Source of the DNA: Alphaproteobacteria bacterium | Lineage (GTDB): Bacteria > Pseudomonadota > Alphaproteobacteria > Rhizobiales > JAJFHC01 | DNA length: 64,000 nt | Assembly (NCBI GenBank): GCA_021775805.1 | Contig: JAJFHD010000017.1 | Location: 3,142-67,141, forward strand | Reading direction: 5' to 3' | Shown: piece by piece, positions 10,388 to 19,496 of the stretch | Position numbering within the stretch: the first letter of the stretch is position 1 | Layout: the number at the start of each line of letters is the position of its first letter | The notes under the pieces: generated by a model | Seen by the model: only the letters and a program-made list of their open reading frames with translations | Databases searched by the model: none | Told to the model about the DNA's origin: nothing | Made by a program: the position numbers and the translations under genes

Positions 10388-11065
10388 TCAACTTAAACTG
10401 TTGGCGAATTCTGAAAGCTTCCTGGCAGCCTCGGTCGGATTGGCGTGCAACACAAAATGTGGACCGTCAATAGTGACGATTGTGCTCAGATGGTCTCGAA
10501 ACACCTGTGAAGATTTGGTGGAGACAAGGCGATCTTTCGTTGCAGCAAAATAAGTTGTTGGGATGGTGAGTGTCGCGATCCGATCTCTGACATCAACGGC
10601 TAGCACCTCCCTCAAACGACCAGCAAGTGTTGCTTTTGGGACAGATTTGAGTGCGTGCCGAAAAGTATCTATGAATTCGCTCGTGGACCATCCGCCCATG
10701 AGAAGAGGATGAGCTAGCCACAAGAACAACCTGGATTTTATCGGTAGGAATTCAAGGGCATAAGTCAGAACAAGAGGTACCTTTCTGGGAGTCGATGCGA
10801 AGGTTGCCACGAACACGACTCCCTTTAACTCGTCTGGGTTCGACGCGGCGACCAATACCGCCAGTGGTCCGGAGAAAGATTCAGCAACAATGATGTATTC
10901 ACCGTCGGGTAATCGCTTCTCTATCCACTTTTGGAGCTCTTCGTATTTGACTAAGTTCGTCGGGTATTCAAATGTCAATGGTTCATGGTTTTCTGATAAC
11001 AAATCCGAAAACTCAGAAAGAAGCCCACAAGTTCCGTCCAAGCCGGGTAAAATGACAATTTTCAT
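10388..11065 (-). CDS. alpha/beta hydrolase
   Basis: 225 aa with a nucleophile-elbow-like AESFSG and a C-terminal GPHF histidine motif. ATG at 11065; the track start at 11071 is a TTG. Lies in the low-GC patch. Confidence 0.7.
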   Translation of the reverse strand: MKIVILPGLDGTCGLLSEFSDLLSENHEPLTFEYPTNLVKYEELQKWIEKRLPDGEYIIVAESFSGPLAVLVAASNPDELKGVVFVATFASTPRKVPLVLTYALEFLPIKSRLFLWLAHPLLMGGWSTSEFIDTFRHALKSVPKATLAGRLREVLAVDVRDRIATLTIPTTYFAATKDRLVSTKSSQVFRDHLSTIVTIDGPHFVLHANPTEAARKLSEFANSLS

Positions 11066-11196
11066 TTGCAAAAACCAGTTGGTTTCAGCTTAGGAAACCA
11101 GTCTACGTCGAACTGCAGAAACGTCCGCAATTCGGTCATCTGCAGGATTAAGCCGCAATTCTCAGCTCTATGACTGAAAATGCCTCGCCGTTTACA

Positions 11197-11439
11197 CTAA
11201 TCTATCTTCCCGGCGTACACAGTAATAAAACCCTCCTTCCAGTGATCTTCATCCAACTTGCACCTATCAATTATGAATTTGTCTGGATACTCCTTGAATC
11301 CCGGTAACTTCAATGCTCTTTCCATCGCTTTTTTTGCCTTTTTGCGTGTCGTGTAAACACCTATCATTTTACTTTCTTCATCATCTATCTTATCTTCGTC
11401 GAGATAATACATGTGGTAAACAATATAAACGTGATCCAT
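11197..11439 (-). CDS. small charged hypothetical protein (80 aa)
   Basis: ATG-initiated ORF in AT-rich DNA with plausible globular composition (YIVYHMYYLDED...GVYTTRKKAKKAMERALKLPGF...DHWKEGF). No family assigned. Confidence 0.5.
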   Translation of the reverse strand: MDHVYIVYHMYYLDEDKIDDEESKMIGVYTTRKKAKKAMERALKLPGFKEYPDKFIIDRCKLDEDHWKEGFITVYAGKID

Positions 11440-11567
11440 GTTTTACTCTTTTTTTGGGAGTCAAGAATTTGTCGTCAGTCAGTTGCGCTTGCTGCAAGAT
11501 ATTTCCAAATAGATCGGAGAGATCTGACACCCGCGCCAGATGTTCCGGACTCTCATGGTAGAACCTG

Positions 11568-12491
11568 CTAAGCAGACATCGCTTTTGATGCCGGCTCTGA
11601 TGGCGGCGGATCATCTGTCTGACGCTGAAGTCGTTGAAAATGGCTCGGTGTCAGCGTGTATGTGGCCTTCCCCTCGGACATGTTAGCCAAGGCGTTCGCG
11701 TATCCAAACATTTGCGCAATCGGCACATGAGCTTCAATGATCATTTTGTCGTTATACGAGCGCGTGCCACGAATCCCGCCCCACCTTTCGTTAAGATCGC
11801 CCAACACATCGCCCATCCAGTTTTCGGGTGTTGTAACTTCGACCAGACCAACCGGTTCAAGCAAAAACGGGGCTGCTTTCTTTGCGGCCTCAAGAAATGC
11901 CAAACGGACAACTTTTCGGACGGCGTTACCGCCTGAGTCTACTTCCTGGTGGGCAACGCCCAACAATGTGACTCTGAGGTCTGTCATTGGGAATCCCGCC
12001 AGGACCCCACGGTCAAGCAACTCATAAATTGCGTTCGTGATTTCTGCGGCGCACCCACTAGGTACGGTATCAAAATTGGTTCCGATCTCGACCTTGCGGC
12101 CTGAACCCGATTCCATCGGTTCCATCAGCAGCCTGATAGCAGGGGACCAGCGTCCATCTTGTGTTTGGTCCACCTCCGCTGGTTTACTGATTGTCTCGCG
12201 ATAGATGACTCGTGGCTCACCGAACAGCAGCCCATTCCCTAGTTTGGCGTCAAAGAGAGCGGCGCTTTGCTCCAACTGCAATTCATTACGGCCCCGTATG
12301 ATCACAGTTTGAGAGTCGTCATCAAGGTGCGCAACAAAGCTAACACTCTCTGAAGACAACTCGTCAACAATCCGTCGGAGTTCAACCTCCGGACTATCCG
12401 ATTTTGATTGAACCGCAAGTTCAACAACGCAATCAATGTCTAGCGGGTCTGACACGCTTTCTGACCAAATCTGTTTTGGGTGACCCAGCAT
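11568..12491 (-). CDS. EF-G-like protein containing only domains III-IV-V (no GTPase domain); possibly a 5'-truncated remnant
   Basis: The GEPRVIYRETI junction motif and LLEPVGLVEVTTPENWMGDVLGDLNERWG (EF-G domain V) are seen. The ORF begins inside domain III. ATG at 12491, TTG at 12497. Confidence 0.6.
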   Translation of the reverse strand: MLGHPKQIWSESVSDPLDIDCVVELAVQSKSDSPEVELRRIVDELSSESVSFVAHLDDDSQTVIIRGRNELQLEQSAALFDAKLGNGLLFGEPRVIYRETISKPAEVDQTQDGRWSPAIRLLMEPMESGSGRKVEIGTNFDTVPSGCAAEITNAIYELLDRGVLAGFPMTDLRVTLLGVAHQEVDSGGNAVRKVVRLAFLEAAKKAAPFLLEPVGLVEVTTPENWMGDVLGDLNERWGGIRGTRSYNDKMIIEAHVPIAQMFGYANALANMSEGKATYTLTPSHFQRLQRQTDDPPPSEPASKAMSA

Positions 12492-12716
12492 AGTCAACCG
12501 ATTGTCGGGATTGTAGAGAATTTGATCGGTGAGTAAATTTCTGCCTAACGTTGACTAAAATGCGAAGTCCGAAAGGGGTCAAAAATTCCCTTTATCGCCA
12601 GCCTCCTGGACCGTCTGACAGGCGGTCGACAGCAGACGTCGCCGCCCAAAGGTCAATTATCAGGGGTACAGCAGACCACCTTGAGCGACCACCGGTTGGT
12701 CTGTCGGGTGTCATCT

Positions 12717-13460
12717 TCAGACATCAGGCAGTTCGTATCCATGCGACTTTCCCGCATGTGCGACAATTGGCAGAACTCGGGCAACATCAGCCGTTGAAAG
12801 GTTCTCTCGCCACCTTCCAATGCGGACAGAATGGTCAGGACGAGAGTAAGGTCGGGAAGTTTTCGCTTCTACAAACTCGGCGTTGTTTTCGTTTTGAATT
12901 CGCTTCACCCACTCGCCGACTCGCGCAGTTTGACATGGATGCTCTATTCCAATTGCATCACACACTGAACCAACAAATCCATTTGGATCAGATATCATAG
13001 TTTCAAACCGAACCACTGTTGCGATTTCAGAAATTTGATCGAATCCTACGGAATTGAGAAATGACCAATGGTAGGCACATTGTTCGACAAGCGGACGGTT
13101 TAGCCAGTGCTGCCAATCTGGCGGTCTTGGATGATGCCCCCAATTCTGTGAAATGCCTACTCGGAGAGAGCTGATCGCATCGAGTGGATGACGCACTATC
13201 CAAAAGAACCTCATATCCGGTGCGCACCTCATGACGGCGGAAAGAGGAAATGACAGTCCAGGATCAGGATCAAATGTGTCGGACTCCCGGGGGACCTTGA
13301 ACGCCTGTGGGGTCGAATAGTCAGAATTCACGACATCTTCGAAGGGTGGCTCACTTGTGTAAGAGTAATCACCGATGTAATCGAACATCTCTCCGAAAAT
13401 CGATGTTCCACTACGCCCACACCCTAAGATCATGACGGGAGGCAGAGCCTTGTTCACCAT
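12717..13460 (-). CDS. sulfotransferase family protein
   Basis: 5'-PSB motif GCGRSGTS and 3'-PB motif RHPLDAISS. ATG at 13460 preceded by GGAGAG. Confidence 0.8.
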   Translation of the reverse strand: MVNKALPPVMILGCGRSGTSIFGEMFDYIGDYSYTSEPPFEDVVNSDYSTPQAFKVPRESDTFDPDPGLSFPLSAVMRCAPDMRFFWIVRHPLDAISSLRVGISQNWGHHPRPPDWQHWLNRPLVEQCAYHWSFLNSVGFDQISEIATVVRFETMISDPNGFVGSVCDAIGIEHPCQTARVGEWVKRIQNENNAEFVEAKTSRPYSRPDHSVRIGRWRENLSTADVARVLPIVAHAGKSHGYELPDV

Positions 13461-13785
13461 TGGGCTCTCCAAGATTGCACATTTACCCAAATTCATAGAA
13501 TGAACATCGTCAAAGCGAAACTATTGAGAATCATCAATTTCCGGGTTGGGTCTTCTCTGCACTAACAGACAGGCCCACCGTCAAGTCCGTTGACGATACA
13601 TGAAAGGACGGAATGAGAAAGCCGACCTTTCTGCTGGACGGCCAGTCGTCGGGGTACAGAAGGCTGCGTCGGTGCCATGCCGGACAGACCGCCGCCAAAA
13701 ACAGTCATTCAATTGACTTCCGGGCTGTCAGATAACATCTTGTGCAGGCAGGTATGGCCTGCCGTAAATTGAGGAGTAATGTCCG

Positions 13786-14556
13786 ATGAAACATACAAGA
13801 CGCGAATTTCTGGCAACCGGTACCGCTGCCCTGGGCGCAATTACGTTGCTCCCTTACGCAGCGCACGCCGATGCGCATTCCGGCGACGTCTTCAAGACCG
13901 GTGCCGGAGACATCACCGTCAACCCGGTCAGCCACGCATCGTTCGTGATGAAAACACCGGCCGGCACGATTTACGCCGATCCGGTCGGAGACGCTGCAGC
14001 CTACTCGAGCTTTCCCAAACCAGATCTGATACTGGTCACGCACCACCATGGCGACCATTTCAAGCCGGATACACTGGCGGCACTGGTTGGCGAAAACACC
14101 CGGATCATCACCAATCCGGAAGTTATGGGTAAGCTGCCCGCCGATCTGGCAGCCAAGGCGGCACAGGTTGAAAATGGCGGGTCGGCAGAATTTAAATCGC
14201 TGAAAATAGATGCCCTCCCCGCCTATAACATGACAGCGAACCGCAAGAAGTATCATCCACAAGGCCGCGACAACGGCTATGTGCTCGGTTTCGACGGCTT
14301 CCGCGTCTACATTTCCGGCGACACCGAAGACATTCCGGAAATGCGCGCCCTGAAGGACATCAGCCTCGCGTTTGTCTGCATGAACCTGCCGTTCACGATG
14401 GATGCCAAGGCGGCGGCCTCCGCAGTCGCGGAATTCAAGCCGAAATTCGTCTATCCATACCACTATCGCGGTAAGGACGGCGGCACCCAGAATCCGGAAG
14501 AGTTTGCAAAACTTCTTGGCAAGGTTTCGGAAGTGAAGTTGGGCGACTGGTACTAG
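13786..14556 (+). CDS. MBL-fold metallo-hydrolase with Tat-type signal peptide
   Basis: RREFLATGTAALGA twin-arginine leader, THHHGDH metal motif, GAGGAG RBS. Confidence 0.85.
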   Translation: MKHTRREFLATGTAALGAITLLPYAAHADAHSGDVFKTGAGDITVNPVSHASFVMKTPAGTIYADPVGDAAAYSSFPKPDLILVTHHHGDHFKPDTLAALVGENTRIITNPEVMGKLPADLAAKAAQVENGGSAEFKSLKIDALPAYNMTANRKKYHPQGRDNGYVLGFDGFRVYISGDTEDIPEMRALKDISLAFVCMNLPFTMDAKAAASAVAEFKPKFVYPYHYRGKDGGTQNPEEFAKLLGKVSEVKLGDWY

Positions 14557-14813
14557 GCGGGATAGCGCACTACCAGGCGATCCAGTTTCAATTCAGCAAT
14601 GAACCAATGAAAAATGGGCCGGCTCATTCGGGCCGGTTCATTTCAACATCCCAGTCCGGGAGTACTCCGCGAACTGGTTGATCGCAATGCTTCTCCGACA
14701 ACGACCGTTGTTGCCACAGATTGTAGTGACACCAATTACCCGGTCATGCACGATGACAGCTTCAGGAAAGCTTTCACGCCGTCTCTCCGTGGTGGACGGC
14801 TGAGGAGAACTTT

Positions 14814-15640
14814 ATGACTTTGGCATTGGTGAGCACCGATTGGGTCGCAGCACATGTCGACGACCCGACCGTAAAACTGATCGAGGTCGACTGGGACGGT
14901 CTTGACGCTTACAGAACCTCCCATATTCCCGGAGCGATTGGCTGGAACTGGAAGGACGCGCTCTGGGACCCTTTCGAACGACAGTTTCCGTCAGATGAAG
15001 AATTCTGCCGACGACTGGGCGAGTCGGGAATCGGCAACAACACGACTGTGGTTTTCTATGGTGTCCCCGTTCAATTCGGCACTTACGCATGGTGGGTGTT
15101 CAAGTACTTCGGCCACGACGATGTTCGATTGCTGGATGGCGGGCGGGTAAAATGGGAGAGTGACGGACGGCCGCTCACTCGCGACGTCCCGGTGCATTCT
15201 TCAGCCCAATACCGCAATCCCGACCGAAACCAAACCATTCGGGCGGGTCGGGATGACGTCATGGGGGAAATTGCAAATTTGCGTGCACCATTCTCGATCA
15301 TCGCTCGCACGAGGAGTATTCCGGGGCACGCGTCGGTCTCCCCGGCAAGCCGGACGCGGGCGCTGAGCGCTACGGACGCATACCGGGTGCGTTGCACATC
15401 CCATTCGATGCGCTTCTCAACGACGATGCGACATTCAAACCCACAGACGAACTCAGACAAATCGTAAGTGCATGCGTGCCGGACCCGACCCAGCCCATCA
15501 TCTCCTATTGCCGCCTTGCGCATCGGGCGACGTTGGTGAGTTTTGCAATGACGGAGTTGCTCGGTTACCAGAATGTTCGCGTCTACGACGGGTCGTGGAC
15601 CGAGTGGGGAAGCATCGTGGGTGTGCCAATCGAGAGATAA
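14814..15640 (+). pseudogene. thiosulfate/3-mercaptopyruvate sulfurtransferase (tandem rhodanese), frameshifted
   Basis: Rhodanese domain 1 is in the frame of ORF 14814..15467. Domain 2 (ILDHRSHEEYSG...GRIPGALHIPF...YCRLAHRA active-site loop) continues in the frame of ORF 15392..15640. The frame switch lies at about 15262-15290. Confidence 0.7.
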
Positions 15641-15689
15641 AGCCCGTGCATCATAGGCAGTAGGGCCACTTTGCGCGCAAAACCATCGA

Positions 15690-15735
15690 TTGACAGACCG
15701 GACCGCTTGCCGCTCTAATATATGCATACGCATAT
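15690..15735 (+). promoter_or_regulatory. candidate promoter plus palindromic operator of the iorAB-marR unit
   Basis: TTGACA at 15690..15695, TAATAT at 15716..15721, and the palindrome ATATGC-ATAC-GCATAT at 15720..15735, 28 nt before the iorA ATG. Confidence 0.4.
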
Positions 15736-15762
15736 TTTTTGCATCATCAGGGAGACCCCGGA

Positions 15763-17919
15763 ATGGCGGAGCGGTCGTTTGCCAAGGAAGTCCAGCACCT
15801 GAGGATCGGCGATGGCGAGGCGTTTCGCGGCGAAGGCATTCTGGCGGTCACCAAGGCGCTTCTGCAATGCGGTGTAGGCTACGTCGGCGGTTATCAGGGA
15901 GCCCCGATTTCACACCTGATGGACGTGCTGTCCGATGCCCAGGAAATCCTGGGCGAACTGGGCGTGCGTTTTGAGGCCAACGCGTCAGAAGCCGCGGCTG
16001 CCGCCATGCTGGCGGCATCGGTCCATTATCCGATCCGGGGCGCGGTGACCTTCAAGTCGCCGGTCGGTCTCAATGTCGCCTCCGACGCCCTGGCCAACCT
16101 GGCATCGGGCGGTGTCACGGGAGGCGCCCTGGTCATCATCGGTGAAGACTATGGCGAAGGCTCCTCGATCATGCAGGAGCGCAGTCATGCGTTCGCAATG
16201 AAATCCCAGATCTGGCTGCTCGACCCGCGTCCCAACCTGCCCTCGATCGTCAAGGCGGTAGAGGACGGGTTTGCCCTGTCGGAGGCGTCCAACACACCGG
16301 TCATGCTGGAACTGAGGATAAGGGCGTGTCATGTGCACGGCACGTTTACGGCAAAGACCAATGCCCACCCGCCCCTGAGCGTGGAGGAGGCATTGTCCAA
16401 CCCCCAGCGGCGCACGGACAGGATCGTCCTGCCGCCGGCCTCGTACATGCACGAACAGGAAAAGGTCAAAACCCGCGCCCCTGCGGCGATCGACTTCATC
16501 GAGACCAACGGCTTGAACGAAATCTTCGGTCCTGACGATGGCGCAGTGGGGATCGTGCTTCAGGGCGGCATGTACAATGGCGTGGTTCGCGCCCTGCAAC
16601 GTCTGGGACTTGCCGATCTCTATGGGGAGACCGAAGTTCCGCTCTATGTGCTGAATGTCACTTATCCTCTGGTCGACCGGGAGTTCCTGAAATTCTGCGA
16701 CGGCAAGGATGCCGTGCTGGTGGTCGAGGAAGGCCAGCCGGAGTTTATCGAACAGGCGCTCGCCTCGATCCTCTACAAGGCCGGCGGCAAAACCAGGCTC
16801 CTGGGCAAGGGCCCGTTGCCGCAGGCCGGCGAATACACCGGTCAGCATGTGTTCGACGGTGTCGCGGAATTCCTGCGCCAACACGCACCAGGCCTGCTGC
16901 CCGATGCCAAACGTGCGCCCAACCGTGAGGTCGCCGATTCCGACCTTCCCGATCTGACCGGGACCGTGCCTGTGCGCATGCCCGGATTCTGCACCGGTTG
17001 CCCGGAGCGACCAATCTTTGCCGCCATGAAACTGGTCAACCAGGAACTCGGCGACCATCAGATCGCAGGCGACATCGGCTGCCACCTGTTCGGTGCCCTG
17101 CCGCCCTTCGAGATCGGCGGATCGACCATGGGATTCGGTCTGGGACCGGCTTCGAATGCAGCGTTCGACGGCGGCGGCGAAAGGCGCCCGATCTCGATTC
17201 TCGGCGATGGCGGGTTCTGGCACAACGGCCTGACGTCGAGTGTCGGCAATGCGGTCTACAACAAGTCGGACGGCGTGATCGTCATCGTCGACAATTTCTA
17301 TGCAGCGGCAACCGGCGGCCAGGACCTGCCGTCGTCGCGCGCCCATAACACCTCGAAGTCGACCAATCACCCGATCAGCGCGGCCGTCAGGGGGATAGGC
17401 GTCGACTGGGTGCGCGAAATCGACCGGACTTACGATGTGGGCCGGATGCGCGACACGCTGAAGGAAGCCCTGACGACGACACACGTGGGACCCAAGGTGA
17501 TCGTCGCCTCGTCCGAGTGCATGCTCAATCTACAACGTCGTGAAAAACCACTCGTCAAAAAGGCCATCGGCGACGGCGTGCGGACGGTGAAACCGCGTTT
17601 CGGGGTCGATGAGGATGTCTGCACCGGCGATCACGCCTGCATGCGCCTGTCAGGCTGCCCTTCGCTGTCGCTCAAGCAACTGGACGATCCGCTGCGCGAC
17701 GACCCGGTAGCCTATATCGACCAGACCTGTGTTGGTTGCGGCAATTGCGGCGAAGTGGCCGACGCCGCAGTGCTTTGCCCGTCATTCTATCGTGGCGACG
17801 TGGTACACAATCCAGGCTGGTTCGACCGGCTGCTTGCCGGCCTCAGAGGGGCCGTGATCACCCGCCTGCAACGCCGCCGGAAAGCGCGCCGGCTGGGGTT
17901 CGAAGGAAGTGCGGCATGA
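15763..17919 (+). CDS. iorA: indolepyruvate ferredoxin oxidoreductase, alpha subunit (TPP and 4Fe-4S binding)
   Basis: About 718 aa with a TPP motif region (GDIGCH..GDGGFWHNG) and a C-terminal ferredoxin-type CxxCxxCxxxC cluster. GGGAGA RBS before the ATG at 15763. Confidence 0.85.
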   Translation: MAERSFAKEVQHLRIGDGEAFRGEGILAVTKALLQCGVGYVGGYQGAPISHLMDVLSDAQEILGELGVRFEANASEAAAAAMLAASVHYPIRGAVTFKSPVGLNVASDALANLASGGVTGGALVIIGEDYGEGSSIMQERSHAFAMKSQIWLLDPRPNLPSIVKAVEDGFALSEASNTPVMLELRIRACHVHGTFTAKTNAHPPLSVEEALSNPQRRTDRIVLPPASYMHEQEKVKTRAPAAIDFIETNGLNEIFGPDDGAVGIVLQGGMYNGVVRALQRLGLADLYGETEVPLYVLNVTYPLVDREFLKFCDGKDAVLVVEEGQPEFIEQALASILYKAGGKTRLLGKGPLPQAGEYTGQHVFDGVAEFLRQHAPGLLPDAKRAPNREVADSDLPDLTGTVPVRMPGFCTGCPERPIFAAMKLVNQELGDHQIAGDIGCHLFGALPPFEIGGSTMGFGLGPASNAAFDGGGERRPISILGDGGFWHNGLTSSVGNAVYNKSDGVIVIVDNFYAAATGGQDLPSSRAHNTSKSTNHPISAAVRGIGVDWVREIDRTYDVGRMRDTLKEALTTTHVGPKVIVASSECMLNLQRREKPLVKKAIGDGVRTVKPRFGVDEDVCTGDHACMRLSGCPSLSLKQLDDPLRDDPVAYIDQTCVGCGNCGEVADAAVLCPSFYRGDVVHNPGWFDRLLAGLRGAVITRLQRRRKARRLGFEGSAA

Positions 17920-19496
17920 ACCTTCATCCGGAAATCGATGCCAGGTCCAAGGGCAAACGAACTGACACCGAGATCGTCAAAGTCGCCATCATGGCGGTCG
18001 GCGGCCAGGGCGGCGGTGTCCTGACCAACTGGGTCGTGGCCCTGGCAGAGGCCAACGGCTACCGGGCCCAGTCGACATCCGTGGCCGGTGTCGCACAGCG
18101 GACCGGGGCGACGATCTATTATGTGGAAATGGCACCCGACACCGGCCGGCAGCCGGTCTTCTCCCTGGCGCCGGCAGCGGGAGACGTCGATGTTCTGGTC
18201 GCCGCTGAACTGATGGAAAGCGGCCGGGCAATCATGCGCGGGTTTGTGACGCCTGACCGCACCACCCTGATCACTTCGACCCACCGGGCACTGGCGGTCC
18301 AGGAGAAAATGGAACCGGGCAACGGCGTGACCGCCGACGACGATGTGGTGACTGCTGCCGAAATGGCTGCCAAACGCTATATCGCCTTTGACATGGAACA
18401 GATTGCGGATGCTTCCGGCAGCGTCATTTCCGCAAGCCTGTTCGGCGCGCTCGCCGGTTCAGGCGCCCTGCCGTTCGAGCGCGAAAAGTTTGAAGAAACC
18501 ATCCAGTTGTCGGGACGTGGCGTCGAGGCCAGCCTCGATGCGTTCTCCAGGGCCTGCGATGTGGCCTCCGGCAATGCCCGGGGCGAAGAGGATGCCAAAC
18601 CCACAAAACTTGCGGCTGTCCCGGTGCAGGCCACGGGTCCAAAGGCGGCCGTTGAGGACTGGGATCGTCTACGCCTGCGCATCCAGGGTCTGCCTGAAAC
18701 TGTCTCGGCCATCGCAGAGGCCGGCCTCAGGAAAGTCGTGGACTTCCAGGACATCGACTACGGTCGAGAATACTTGCTGCGCCTCGAAGAGATTATCGAG
18801 GCGGACCTTGCCCATGGCGGCGAGGCCAAGGCATTTGCCCTGTCGCAATCGGCGGCAAAACATCTGGCCAACGCCATGGCCTATGACGATGTCATTCGGG
18901 TGGCGGATCTCAAGACGCGCGCGGCCCGGTTTGCCAGAGTCAAAGGCGAACTCGGCGTTACCGACGACCATGTGCTGGCAATAACCGAGTTCTTTCATCC
19001 CAGAGGCGAGGAGATCTGCGCCATGCTGCCGGCAAGGATCGGGCAGCGTATCGAAAACAACCCTCACCTGTTCCGCGTTCTTGACCGGATCGTCAACCGT
19101 GGCCGGCGCATCCGGACCGATACAGTAACCGGTTTCGGGCTGCTCTACGCCATAGCCGGACTAAGGCGCCGGCGGCGTTCGTTGCGGCGCCATGAAGTCG
19201 AGACCGCGCACATTGATACATGGCTTGAGGGCGTCCGCTCGCGGATACCGGTCAACTACGATCTTGCCGTCGAACTGGTCAACTGCCGACGACTGATCAA
19301 GGGATACAGCGACACGCACGCGCGTGGCCTTTCCAAGTTCGACCGCGTCAATGACGGCGCAAGCATTGTGGAACACCGCGACGATGCCGCGGACTGGGTG
19401 CGGCGCCTGCGTGACGCCGCCCTCAAGGACGAAGCAGGCGTGGCGCTCGACGGCGCCCTGGAAACCGTCCGGTCTTTCTCCAAACCTGTGCATTGA
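17916..19496 (+). CDS. iorB: indolepyruvate oxidoreductase, beta subunit
   Basis: ATGA start/stop overlap with iorA. IorB-like N-terminus VKVAIMAVGGQGGGVL. The upstream track extension to 17736 overlaps iorA and is rejected. Confidence 0.85.
   Translation: MNLHPEIDARSKGKRTDTEIVKVAIMAVGGQGGGVLTNWVVALAEANGYRAQSTSVAGVAQRTGATIYYVEMAPDTGRQPVFSLAPAAGDVDVLVAAELMESGRAIMRGFVTPDRTTLITSTHRALAVQEKMEPGNGVTADDDVVTAAEMAAKRYIAFDMEQIADASGSVISASLFGALAGSGALPFEREKFEETIQLSGRGVEASLDAFSRACDVASGNARGEEDAKPTKLAAVPVQATGPKAAVEDWDRLRLRIQGLPETVSAIAEAGLRKVVDFQDIDYGREYLLRLEEIIEADLAHGGEAKAFALSQSAAKHLANAMAYDDVIRVADLKTRAARFARVKGELGVTDDHVLAITEFFHPRGEEICAMLPARIGQRIENNPHLFRVLDRIVNRGRRIRTDTVTGFGLLYAIAGLRRRRRSLRRHEVETAHIDTWLEGVRSRIPVNYDLAVELVNCRRLIKGYSDTHARGLSKFDRVNDGASIVEHRDDAADWVRRLRDAALKDEAGVALDGALETVRSFSKPVH

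Noticed and set aside
15985-17484. 499-aa ORF antisense to iorA
   Set aside because: A shadow ORF inside a well-supported gene, with Arg/Gly/Asp-rich low-information sequence.
17736-17915. Upstream extension of iorB
   Set aside because: It overlaps the iorA 3' end in another frame. The ATGA junction at 17916 and the IorB-like N-terminus support the shorter start.
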